Below, piece by piece: positions 48,987 through 61,975 of a DNA stretch of 64,000 nucleotides. The stretch is from the human T2T-CHM13v2.0 reference genome, Homo sapiens. The notes beneath the pieces were generated by a model that saw nothing but the letters and a program-made list of their open reading frames with translations, did not search any database and was not told the origin of the DNA. A program made the translations under genes and the position numbers. Location: the NCBI RefSeq assembly GCF_009914755.1, contig NC_060947.1; one strand, written 5' to 3'. The first letter of the stretch is position 1. Each line of letters starts with the position of its first letter.

Positions 48987-49177
48987 TTACCTTCCACTGT
49001 GAGAGTTACCCGAAGCTCGGCATCTGTGATGGTCTAGGGGGCTTCCGAGGCGATCGGGCAGTGTCAGTCTTCAGCCGCTAATCCGAGAAGATCTGGGAAG
49101 GAGTCAGTCAGAGAGCCTTGGGCCAGAGTTCCAGGGGCTCTGGGAATGGCTGCCAGGTGAGTTAAACAGTCCGATTT

Positions 49178-49414
49178 TCAGTGGGGTCCCACACAGATGG
49201 GACACGGCTTAGGAGGAATCCTGGGCTGCGGGCATTCCTTGGCCTGGTGGTCAGATTTCTGGCACGTGTAGCAAGCTCCTGTGGGAGGAGGTTCTGGAGG
49301 AATGCCTGGCCGCTGCGGTTCAGGCGTTTGGAAGTTCTTGTGTGCTGGAGATGTGGCTGGGGTTTGTCTCAGAGTGGAGGCAAGGAATTGCAACTTTTTT
49401 CTATTATTGTACAC
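49178..49414 (-). pseudogene. HERV-H gag C-terminal (nucleocapsid) remnant
   Basis: Zinc knuckle CYTCQKSDHQAKEC followed by a second truncated CPICVGPH. Confidence 0.88.
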
Positions 49415-50375
49415 CTTGAAGGCGAGGTTAATTAAATCCTGTTGTGGGGTTTGAGGGCCGGAATTTAATTTTTGGAGTTTTATTTAATGTCAGGAGCAGA
49501 TTGGGTAATAAAATGTACTTTGAGAATAAGATGGCCTTTTGACCTTTTAGGGTCTAGGGCTGTAAAGCGTCTCAGGGTTGCTGCCAAACAAGTCATGAAC
49601 TGGGCTGGATTTTTATATTTGATGAAAAAGAGCCTAAACGCTATCTGATTTGGGATAAAGAAAAAGGAGCATTAACCTTGACTATGCCTTTAGCTCCAGC
49701 CACCTTTTTAAGAGTAAATTGCTGGGCAGGAGGGGGAGGGCTAGTCATGGAACGAAACTGTAAGCCGGACCAGGTGTGAGGAGGGGAGGTGATAAAAAGA
49801 TTATAGGGTGGAGGAGCAGAGGCTGAGGAAGAATTGGGACCTAGCTCGGCATGGCGAGGAGCAGCCTGGGGAGGAAGGGAGAGGTCAGATGGGTCTGTAG
49901 AAAAGGAAGATTAGACAGACTCAGCAATGCTTGGGGTTGGTACTGAGGGGACAGGCGGGAGGGAAAGAAGGAAGATTTGGGACGAGTTGCACTGGGCACA
50001 GAGACTAGGAAGGGACTGACGTGTAAAAGAATGCCTGGACGTCAGGCACCTCAGACCATTTGCCTATTTTATGACAAGAATTATTTAGATTTTGCAGGAT
50101 GGAAAAATTCAAAGTGCCATTTTCTGGCTATTTGGAACTACTGTCGAGTTGGTATTGGGGTGAAGCGGCATTGCAGAAGAAAATAAGGCATTTAGGTTTT
50201 AGGTCAGGTGTGAGTTGAAGAGGTTTTAAGTTTTTGAGAACACAGGCCAAGGGAGTAGAAGGAGGAATGGAGGGTGGAAGGTTGCCCATAGTGAAGGAAG
50301 CAAGCCTAGAGAAAAGAGAGTAGAGAAATGGAGGAAAGGGGTTCAGGGGTTCTTACCTTCCAGAAAAGTGGGAAA

Positions 50376-50880
50376 AGGGGTTGGGGCACAGAGATAAGAG
50401 GTTGGGGGGCAGAAATAAGGGATTGGGGCGCAGAGAAATAAGAGGTTGGGGCACGGAAATAAGGGACTGGGGCACAGAGATACGAGGTTGGGGTGCAGAA
50501 ATAAGGGATTGGGGCACAGTGATAAGAGGTCAGGGTGCAGAAATAAGGGATTGGGGCACAGAGATAAGAGGTTGGGGCACAGAAATAAGGGATTGGGGTG
50601 CAGAGATAAGAGGTTGGGGCATGGAAGTAAGGGATTGGGGGTTCTTGCCCCATAGAAAAGCGGGACTTGCCACTAAGGGTGAAGGAGAAGGGGTTGGGGT
50701 ACTTAACCCTCTCCCAGAAAAGCGGGACTTGCCGCTAAGGGTGAAGGAGAAGGGCTTGAGGGGTACTTGCCCCTCTCCCAGAAAAGCAGAGAAGGGGTAG
50801 AGACAAGGAGAGAAGGGGTTGAGCTACTTGCCCCTTCCCCAGAAAAGCGGGACTTGCCGCTTAAGGTGAAGGATCAAGGC
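50376..50880 (-). repeat. HERV-H leader tandem repeats (~21-bp units 50376-50640; longer ~60-bp units 50641-50880)
   Basis: Alternating ggggcacagagataagaggtt / ggggtgcagaaataagggatt units, then three gaaaagcgggacttgcc repeats. Confidence 0.9.
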
Positions 50881-51278
50881 AGGCGTCCCTGCGTGGTCTG
50901 ACACCCTTGAAACGTGGGTGTATAATCAGAGAGGCGTCCCTGCAACGATTAAACACCAAGGGAAGGCTGCCTTCCCAGTCCGTGACCGGCGCCGGAGTTT
51001 TGGGTCCACGGATAAAACATGTCTCCTTTGTCTCTCCCAGAAAATGAAAGGAATTGAAATTAAGAGAAGGGAGAGATTGAAGAGTGGAAAGGAGAAAGTG
51101 GTTGATGGACAGTGAGAGAGGTTGGAGAAGAGAGTAAGAAGAGGCCGTTTACCTGATTTAAAATTGGTGAGATGTTCCTTGGGCTGGTCGGTCTGAGGAC
51201 ATGAGGTCATAGGTGGATCTTTCTCACGGAGCAAAGAGCAGGAGGACAGGGGATTGATCTCCCAAGGGAGGTACCCCG

Positions 51279-51296
51279 ATCCAAGTCACAGCACCA
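51279..51296 (-). other. Primer-binding site for tRNA-His
   Basis: Minus strand TGGTGCTGTGACTTGGAT vs canonical TGGTGCCGTGACTCGGAT (two CpG-type changes), next to the 5' LTR. Confidence 0.9.
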
Positions 51297-51298
51297 AA

Positions 51299-51749
51299 TT
51301 TCATGTGTGTCCGTGTGAAGAGACCACTAAACAGGCTTCGTGTGAGCAACATGGCTGTTATTTCACCTGGGTGCAAGTGGGCTGAGTCCGAAAAGAGAGT
51401 CAGTGAAGGGAGATGAGGGTGGGGCCGTTTTATAGGATTTGGGTAGGTAAAGGAAAATTACAGTCAAAGGGGGTTTGTTCTCTGGCGGGCAGGAGTGGGG
51501 GTCGCAAGGTGCTCAGTGGGGGTGCTTTTGAGCCAGGATGATCCAGGAAAAGGACTTTCACAAGGTAATGTTATCACTTAAGGCAAGGACCGGCCATTTA
51601 CACTTCTTTTGTGGTGGAATGTCATCAGTTAAGGTGGGGCAGGGCATATTCACTTCTTTTGTGATTCTTCAGTTACTTCAGGCCATCTGGGCATATACGT
51701 GCAAGTCACAGGGGATGCAATGGCTTGGCTTGGGCTCAGAGGCCTGACA
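51299..51749 (-). promoter_or_regulatory. HERV-H 5' LTR (LTR7) promoter
   Basis: TATAAAA at 51428-51434 (minus), two ACAAAAGA SOX-like motifs in U3, GC-box-like CCCGCC; poly(A) hexamer changed to AATAAC. Confidence 0.92.
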
Positions 51750-52203
51750 ACTTTTAATTAATATCAACTGTGAGTAGAGAAGTTAAAATGAAATATCAAA
51801 CACAATGTTTGACCATGATAAAGAAGGTGTGGAGTTTCTTCTTCTTGGCCATTTATTGGATACTTAAAGACTTGACATTTTCCTCACCAAAGAAGTCACT
51901 AGGACCTATGGTACAACGTTAAGATCAATGATGAAAAAGAGTCATCCTCAATGGAAGAGTATGCATCATTCTGATTATACACAAGCATTGATTATTTGCT
52001 GATGTGAGAAAGGGTCAAGATAAAAATTGATCTTTGAATGTATCTTATTCAATTTTTTAATATTTCATAGTGCTTCAGTTGTTTGGCACATTTGTCATAT
52101 CTTTAATTTTTTTTGATGTCCTGCTCCACCCTTCCATATCACTATAAAATGTTAATACATTTTTCATACACATGCAGAGCATCAGGTTTTAGGATTATTT
52201 TTA

Positions 52204-52505
<302 letters not shown>

Positions 52506-52749
52506 ATCTAGCCTTTCATGAATCTTACATGTATAAAATGTTTACACTTTTATTATGTAAAAGTAATGTATTCCCCCAATGGATTTTATAACAATACAGT
52601 CAGTCCCTCTTGCAAAGGGGACTTTTTCATAACTCCCCTACTGTTTCATTAAAATTGAGGTTTAATTTGATCCTGTGTTCTCACATTTAAAAATCTATAT
52701 TTTTAAGATCTGCTTTTTCCTTCGAAGTAATGGCTTTAACTCCGAATCA

Positions 52750-52990
52750 CTTTTAACAGTTTTATTGACCTGTAATTCACATACTATCCAATTTGCCTAT
52801 TTTAATGTGTAGAATTCAGTGGTTTTTAGTATACTCAGAGTTGTATAATCATCATCACAATTTAGAATATTTCCATCACCCCCCAAAGTAATCCTATACC
52901 CATTTACAATCACTCCACATACTTCTTCAACCCCCAGCACTAGGCAACCAGTAATCCTCTTTTTATCTCTGTAGATTTGCTTATTCTGAG
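52750..52990 (-). mobile_element. Old L1M 3'-end fragment
   Basis: Antisense L1MB-like terminus (tttagaatatttccatcacccc...ctgtagatttgcttattctg). Confidence 0.7.
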
Positions 52991-54299
52991 AACCTGCAAA
53001 CTTTTAAGGGATGTACTTGCTGGGAATGTCAGAGAAGTTGTTTGAGATTAAGAAGGGTTGGCAAACAAAATAAAATTTGTTGTTAGATTTAGGCAATAGG
53101 GTCTTGATTTATTTGGCTAAGTTCTTAATTTTTTCACACTTCTGAAATGAAAGTAATAAAATTTTGTCTCTGAGCTTCTGTCATCCTTACTTTTGCTATT
53201 CAATTTTATTTTAGTATGGCAAAATAAATAAAAAGGAAGTCATCCTCCAAGTACTCCTCTTAACAATAAATTGATTCAGAAAAACTAAGTTTCAAACTCA
53301 GGAAGGTTAAATTTCTAGTCCATTTCTTTCATTTTTTTTCCATTCTGTCCAATCAAGATTTGTCAAACAAAACTATCCTTTCCAGAGAAGAGGCATTTAC
53401 CTCAAAAAAACTTTTGTGTACGTGGTATTTGCAGTTGAATGTCATAAGAAGCAATTGATTGAAGTGTGCCATCTGTTTCTTTTCTAAATCTCTAATATGC
53501 AAGACACGTCTTTAAAATTACACTTATTCAGAGGATTTTTATGAAATAAAATTGCCTGTCATTCTAATTAGCTCTGAATACTTCTCTTGCAACAGTGGTG
53601 TGGCATAACACATTAGTAGGAACTTTGGTTGGTATGTATTTTGGCCACTAACATCACTAATAAAAAAACAGTAAATAAAATCGGAATATAGAAACTGGGG
53701 CTTTCTACATAAAATCTGATTTTTTTATTAGTATTTAATATGCTTCCCATTAAAACAATAAATCTGATATGTATTATTTAATATACTTCCCATTAAACAA
53801 TACATTTCATAATACCTAATAAAATAAGAAAATAGATCCTATTAATTACATCCTCAAATACATATTTTAATATTTTTCTGAAATATATATGCTCTTTACA
53901 CACTAGAATATAATCGTTTTCGTTATCTGCATTGTGCTAAATGTGAAGTGATGGGCGATGCACCATTTTGTATTTAAAAGATTTCTCCTATGGTTTTTTT
54001 CTGTTGTAATTACTCTTTTGGTTGACCACGTTCGGTTGGACTTCTGACCATTGTTCCAAGCATCCACTCCATTACTCTATTTGACATGACACAGTGAGTT
54101 TAAAGGACAGTATCGTGTTAGACAAAGATTGAAGTTTTAAATAATACATGATAACTTGAAGGGAAAGTTAAGAAAATTTAAATAAATAAAGAGGATGAGG
54201 CAAGGGGATATGTATGTATGCTTTAAATAGTCTATAAATAAGACTCAGTGAAAGATGAAAATATCGTTTTGAACAAAGAAAGGGTGGAAGATATAGAAA

Positions 54300-54550
54300 A
54301 CGAGCAGAGCATACTGTATGGTTCCATTTACATAAACTTCCAGAACTGGCAAAAATAATCTACAGTGATAGAAGTCAAAAAGTAGTTGCCTGGAGCTTGG
54401 AAGGTGGTGACTACAAAGAAGCAGGAGGATGGAATTGTTTTATGTTTTCATCACAGTGGCAATTACACGGGTGTAAACATTCATCAAAAGTGGTCAAACT
54501 CTACATTTAAAATATGCACATATTAGTATATGTAAATTATACTCATTAAG
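54300..54550 (+). mobile_element. Old L1ME-type 3'-end fragment
   Basis: catactgtatggttccatttacataaac...ggcaaaaataatctacagtgatagaagtca. Confidence 0.65.
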
Positions 54551-55698
54551 GTGGATTCCTTAAAAAGTCAAAGTAGGCAGTAAAGGGTACCATTCAGTCC
54601 CTCTGTGGTCCTGCTTTAATACTGAATGGAAGACAACCTCCTTCTTTTTAAATGAGCATGAATATCCATGAATATCGAAAAGAGTGCATTAAGCTCTTTG
54701 TAATGACTGCATTTCCTCATCCTGCTCAGGACTGACTACTGGCATTTTAATGCACGGTAATGTGGGCATTTCTTTGATAGACATTCCACTTTAAATGCCT
54801 ACTTTTTCCATATTATTTCAACTGAAGGAGAAATAAGGCAGCAACCTTATCTATTAAATCTTCACAGGGTTCTTATGACTTTTAAAGCATCATTTTGAAT
54901 TGAAGCTACTATTTTATATTATCTTTTCTCAGGGTGGGCTGAAAACAAAATAGCAATAATTTTTGTAGGAAAAGTAGGTTAAAGTCTGTCTTGAATAATC
55001 ACAAAATCACACTTAATGTCACCTCATAAATCAGTTATAAATAGTGTCAGAGGTAATAGAATTGCACATGCGAAATTTAAAAATATTCTGTGCACAATTT
55101 TTGTAGAATGGAATGGCATGGTGTTTGGATTAATATGTACGGCAAGGTTATGGTCAGGCACATCTATGTTTTCTATCTAGAGTCACTCGCCTACAAAGGG
55201 AAAAAAATCAGTCACTGTGGAAATTTAAAAAATAATACTTTGGTAGGATGGAGAGAAACTTGAAATGACAGAGCGTTAATCATAAAATGTATCTCAAATT
55301 TATGTATAATTAGCTGAGAGGAAAAAAATTGGAAAGGAGAGTGTATGATAGATGCAAAATGTTAATATAAAGAATGTCGTGATCAGGAGGAAGGGAAGAA
55401 GCAAGTGAGCCTCAAGAGAAAAAAATTTGACTTCACTCAAAGTACTTCATATTTTTGCAAAATTAATTAAAATTTTAGAAATCGACACTAAAACGTTAGA
55501 GACCTCAGAAAACACTCTCAGTTGATAGGTCTTGGAGAAATTTTTTTAAAGAATATCTGATTGGATAATTTTTAATGACGGAGCAGTAATGTTTTAGTGT
55601 TAAATATCTCAATCTTCCCCTAAGGGGGAAAAAAAACGCAAAAATAAATTCTTCGTGAATAAATGGCATAATTACAATCATAGCACACATTGTTCTGT

Positions 55699-55733
55699 CT
55701 GCAATAGTCACAATTCGCCACTAGGGGGCTGTA
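55699..55733 (+). promoter_or_regulatory. Predicted CTCF site (core plus upstream motif)
   Basis: Core TCGCCACTAGGGGGCTG from 55715, preceded at 6-bp spacing by CTGCAATAGT. Confidence 0.7.
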
Positions 55734-56183
55734 ATTCTGTTCTTAGCAGTTCTTGGTCCACAACATTTTCATTCCCTCCCAGGGTACTTGAACAGTTAGG
55801 TGAAGTTAAGTGGGAGCTTCGACGGGCATAACAGGTCATTAATGTGTATTGAGATGATCTCATGCGTTTCTGCGATGCGATGTATAATTCTTGTTGTATA
55901 GAATAATAACTTGGCCACCAGCTTCTTCACCAAGCATGGAGTCTCATCATTGCTCCAAGATTGCTATTAATTTTGTACGTATTACGTAGAATCATTTTAT
56001 CTTCCTTTTTCCCAGGAAATTATTTTTATTTACTATAAGTCTCCTACTTTTTCATGAAAATTGAAGGTTAATGTGATCATGTGTTCTTGCATAGTCATTT
56101 CAATAAATCTGTGCTGTAAAAGAGACAAAAAATGTTGGTTCAAATTTATAAATACTAAATGTATTTTCTGAAGTGTAGATTAA

Positions 56184-56505
<322 letters not shown>

Positions 56506-57264
56506 CAAAGTTTTAATCCAAGTTATTTTTCACTCATTTGAAGTTAGAACTATTTTTTACTTTCATAAGGAATGAAAAATATAATTTGTTGGTGTAGTAC
56601 ATTGTATCTTGCATGATGTAAGGGGTAGTCACATTAAATTATTTAAATGCGGCTATAACATTTATTGAATATTTTATATTATACTTCAAATATGTTAATT
56701 TATGTTGATAAATTTATGAGCTAACAAAAGATCTTGTCCTCAATATAATAATTAACATTTCCTATGTATTTCTCATAACTTTGATGATCTTTACATCACT
56801 CAATTTTACTTACTAGGCTGAGTGCAAGAGTTAGCTTTATATTTTTAAAAATAATCCCTGCATTTAAAACTTTTTTTGATCATGCTTTATGTGTTTGGGG
56901 AAATTTTTGATGTTTAAAACATGTCAAATATTAATGTCCTTGCACCAAATTTATTTGTCCTACTGCAAAAATATAGCTGGCTAATATTTATTTCAGTCTT
57001 GTTTTTGCATTCCAGAATAAATATTGGCAACTGATGCTCTTACAATAATTGATACAGAAATGGTGATTTTCAAATGTTGTTTCCTCTTCCAGCGTCTAAT
57101 ATTGTTTTAGTATCTGTGGATGAAATACTATTTACTCTTGCTCTGTAATTGTTCTATGTGAAATGTTTCAACTTGACATTTGACTTAGAATTTTGCTGAT
57201 TCATTTAGAATTCTTAACTAATATTTAATTTCCTCTTTAGCAGAAGGACGAACACTGACTTACC

Positions 57265-58136
57265 TGCTATAGGAATGGGGTCCGGATCCAGACCCCAAGA
57301 GAGGGTTCTTGGATCTTGCACAAGAAATAATTCAGGGCAAGTCTGTAAAGTGAAAGCAAGGTTATCAGGAAAGTAAAGGAATAAAAGAATGGCTACTTCA
57401 TAGAGCAGCCCTGAGGGCTGCTGATTGTTTTTTATTTTATTTTATTTTATTTTATTTTTTTTTTGAGACAGAGTCTTGCTCTGTCACCCAGGCTGGAGTG
57501 CAGCGGCCGATCTCGGCTCACTGCAACTTCCGCCTCCCGGGTTCAAGCAATTCTCCCTGCCTCAGCCTCCTGAGCAGCTGGAATTACAGGTGCCCACCAT
57601 CATGCCAGGCTAATTTTTGTATTTTTTAGTAGAGACGGGGTTTGATCATGTTGGCCAGGCTCGTCTTGAACCCCTGACCTCAAGTGATCCGCCCACCTCG
57701 GCCTCCCAAAGTGCTGGGATTACAGGCATGAGCCACTGCGCCCTGCCCTGGTTGCCCATTTTTATGGTTATTTACTGATGATATGTAAAACAAGGGGTGG
57801 ATTATTCATGCTTCCCCTTTTTAGACCATGTAAGGTTACTTCCTGATGTTGCCATGGCATTTGTAAACTGTCATGGCGCTGGTGAGAGTGTAGCAGTGAG
57901 GACGACCAGAGGTCACTCTCATGGCCATCTTGGTTTTGGTGGGTTTTAGCTGGGTTCTGTACTGCAACCTGTTTTATTAACAAGGTCTTCATGATCTGTA
58001 TCTTGTGCTGACCTCCTATCTCATCCTGTGACTTAGAATGCCTCAACTGTCTGGGAATGCAGCCCAATAGGTCTCAGCCTCATTTTACCCAGCCTCTATT
58101 CACGATGGAGTTGCTCTGGTTCAAACGCCTCTTACA
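57265..58136 (-). mobile_element. MER41A solo LTR interrupted by an antisense AluS (57428-57747)
   Basis: Minus strand starts TGTAAGAGGCGTTTGAACCAGAGCAACTCCATC; 4-bp TSD TACC at 57261-57264 and 58137-58140; Alu TSD ctg(a/g)ttg. Confidence 0.9.
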
Positions 58137-58323
58137 TACCTGCTGTACTAATATTTTGCTGTTTTAAATTCATTTTATATAAATGAGACTTCTTTCTTCT
58201 GAAGCTTATAGGTATCAGCCTTACTACTTTTCAGCCATTCATTATATGTGAATGGTATACCTACTCTGTGTGGCACCTTACTTATGGAGTTCTTACTGCA
58301 TTTTTCTCAATGTTTGCTTTTAG

Positions 58324-58390
58324 GGTTATCAGCTAACACCCGCGAGCATCTATAACATAGGCCAACTGACGCCATCCTTCAAAAACAACT
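58324..58390 (+). other. HTR2C: HTR2C exon 2 (67 nt, 5' UTR)
   Basis: Pyrimidine tract plus TAG|GGTTATC acceptor, ACT|GTAAGT donor; continues the recalled mRNA directly after exon 1 (CTAGTG|GGTTATCAGC). Confidence 0.93.
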
Positions 58391-58710
58391 GTAAGTATAC
58401 ACATAAGCGTGCCTCAAGACTCTTATTTTGAAATAATATTCAACTATTATATCAAGGTGATTCCTATTATTTTGCTAGTGTAGACCTACCCCTGAACTAG
58501 TAAAACATATGCCATTAAGGGCCTAACATGTTTGAAAAAGAATATTATGTAATTGGTAAACAGCATTTTAATGCAACCTGAAAAAAAAAAACTCGGCTTA
58601 TTTTATTACTAAGTAATGTGTGATGCAGACCCCTTACCGAACTGTTAACCACCACCGCAGATTTATAGTAAATAAGTATAAAGTATGATAGTATAAATTG
58701 GGACAATTAG

Positions 58711-59068
<358 letters not shown>

Positions 59069-60723
59069 TGCTTTCAGTAACAAACTCTTATATCCATGAT
59101 TGGGGTGTAGGAAATCTAGCTGTTGTTTTCTATGATAAATTTTAGAAAACATAGCTAGCTCTTCAAAATACTCTCAATGGATGCACTTAAAAATCTCAGC
59201 AGGAGAGGCAGGGAGAGGAGAATTTTGTTTCTCAAAAGGGAGTATCATTTATAAATGCTGAAAAACGCAGATCCAGATAATGGAACACTCTACATTCTAT
59301 AGATGTCTAGAGCATGATTATTTGATTGGGTAAATATATTACAAGTTAAACAAGGTGAATTTAAATTGGATTCCTTATTTTCGACTCCAGACTGCATGGG
59401 GAATTCTCAATTAAATTTCTGATTGTTCTCATAATCATACAAATATTTAATACCACAAAATGTTTTTAGAATGATAGTTTTGGAGGAAGAACTGATACGA
59501 TGGTATAGACTAAATCATTTTTGACAGTAAAATTTTAACAGAAATTTTTAGTATAACATTAATATATACGCATTAGATTAAAGAAGTGAAAAGTCGAAGT
59601 CTATCAAAATTCGAAAGAGGATAGGGATGGAATAAGGTTGGGAATGTCTGCTGCACATGTTAATAATGATCAAAAATAAAAGAAATAAGAAAACAGTGAT
59701 TTGACATCAAGACAGTTGCATCAAAATGGCTGCATTAAAATGTACCCTTTTTCAGAATAGCCAATTGTTCTGTTTTATTCAACTACTCACCATTTAAGAT
59801 GATGGCAAAGGTAACTTTCTTTAATACATATTGAAAAGAGTTCTTGATGCTATCAACAGCTTTCCAGAGGGGAAAAAATAAAAAAAAATTTCATAAGGGA
59901 CGTTCAAAAAGTATAAAATGTAAAATTTTGAAGAACCCCCACAGCAGTCCTGAAAGCACACAGGAAATCACTCATTCTGTTTGTGAAGATTCAAGTTTGC
60001 TTGCAGATGTTTTCAATGCGTTGGTGAAATAGGTTAACCTGGACATGCAGGTAAGTTTCTACTCTCAGGCTTCAAACAATGTTCACACAAGACTATCTCA
60101 CATATATCATTGGCATGGTAAGCCTCGCCTGGTAGTAAAGACCAAGGTCAGCCTTACTAGAATGTGAAGTTCGCCAATTTCATCTTTACTGTCTTCCTTT
60201 CAATGCTATTCTGTCCTTACCATGTTGTTTTTCGACCTCTATGTGCCAAATATTCACAACTCCATAGTGAGTACTCCTTGCTTCTCTCCCAGGCCTGTGC
60301 ACCCCTCTTTGTACACACACCTGTTGACACTTTGCTCTTATCTAGGTATTAATTAGAGAAGATTTGATATACAAATTCATCATAATGTGGCAATATCTTA
60401 CAAGTCCTACCCCATCTAGAGGGAGGCATGGTTTAACATGTGGTTCCTATAACTGAATCCCTTGATGAGCTGAAGGGGAAAATATGCCTCAAATCTCATC
60501 ATGTAGGTATGTAAGGCCTTTGCCTACTTCACTTCTCTGTAAGGCTGCCTTTGTCAGGGTATATCAGTGACATGAAAAAGATATGTACAATATATTTATT
60601 ATAGAAGGTTGGAGCTTGATTATTTATGGTAAATAATGTTGGTGTTGTTAAATATATTAATTCTTACTGTAAATAGAAGAGTACCAAGAGTTTTATTGTA
60701 ATGTGTATACATCTACAGCCTGA

Positions 60724-61150
<427 letters not shown>

Positions 61151-61637
61151 TGAACTTAGTAATACCTTCCGTAAAGCCTTACTTATGCTACCTATTCTAC
61201 TGTGCTATAGATGTATGTATATATTTATATCACAGTCAAAGTAACAATTTAGGTAATGTATTCAATGTCTCCTGTGAAAATAATCAGTTGGACAACTGTG
61301 CTCCTCCTGAGTTGTATAAGGTTTGTGATATCAGTAAGTATCAAAGGTAAACATTATTTTTTTCTGTAAAACCGCATCAACATTTCAAGTTATTCACAGA
61401 AAAGGTTAATGTAATGAGGAAATAGTATGCATACATTGGTTCTACATTGTCAAAACATGATTTATAATCGTCACTCTCTTGACACTTATATTAACAATTT
61501 AGGAATTTTTATCTTTCAATTATGTGGTCTTGTGTTACTATAAATAAATGCAAGTTCAATTAACAGAATCTGTTTTCAATATGAGTTCTCTGATACAGAA
61601 CTGAGTTATCTATTGCAAAGTTCTTTACTCTAGGTTA

Positions 61638-61975
<338 letters not shown>

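Larger units (their letters stand above)
45777..51749 (-). mobile_element. HERV-H provirus (~6.0 kb common deleted type) with two LTR7, antisense to HTR2C
   Basis: LTRs at 45777-46229 and 51299-51749; 5-bp TSD ACTTT (45772-45776, 51750-51754); tRNA-His PBS; polypurine tract at 46230-46242; gag, pro and pol remnants. Confidence 0.97.

Noticed and set aside
50306-50800. Repetitive ORFs and a CRISPR-like periodic array
   Set aside because: HERV-H leader tandem repeats with no unique spacers; eukaryotic context and no cas genes
53712-53802. Degenerate ~45-bp AT-rich tandem duplication (also 10-13-bp duplications near 23800, 34800, 63730)
   Set aside because: Ordinary slippage products with no recognisable motif or functional context
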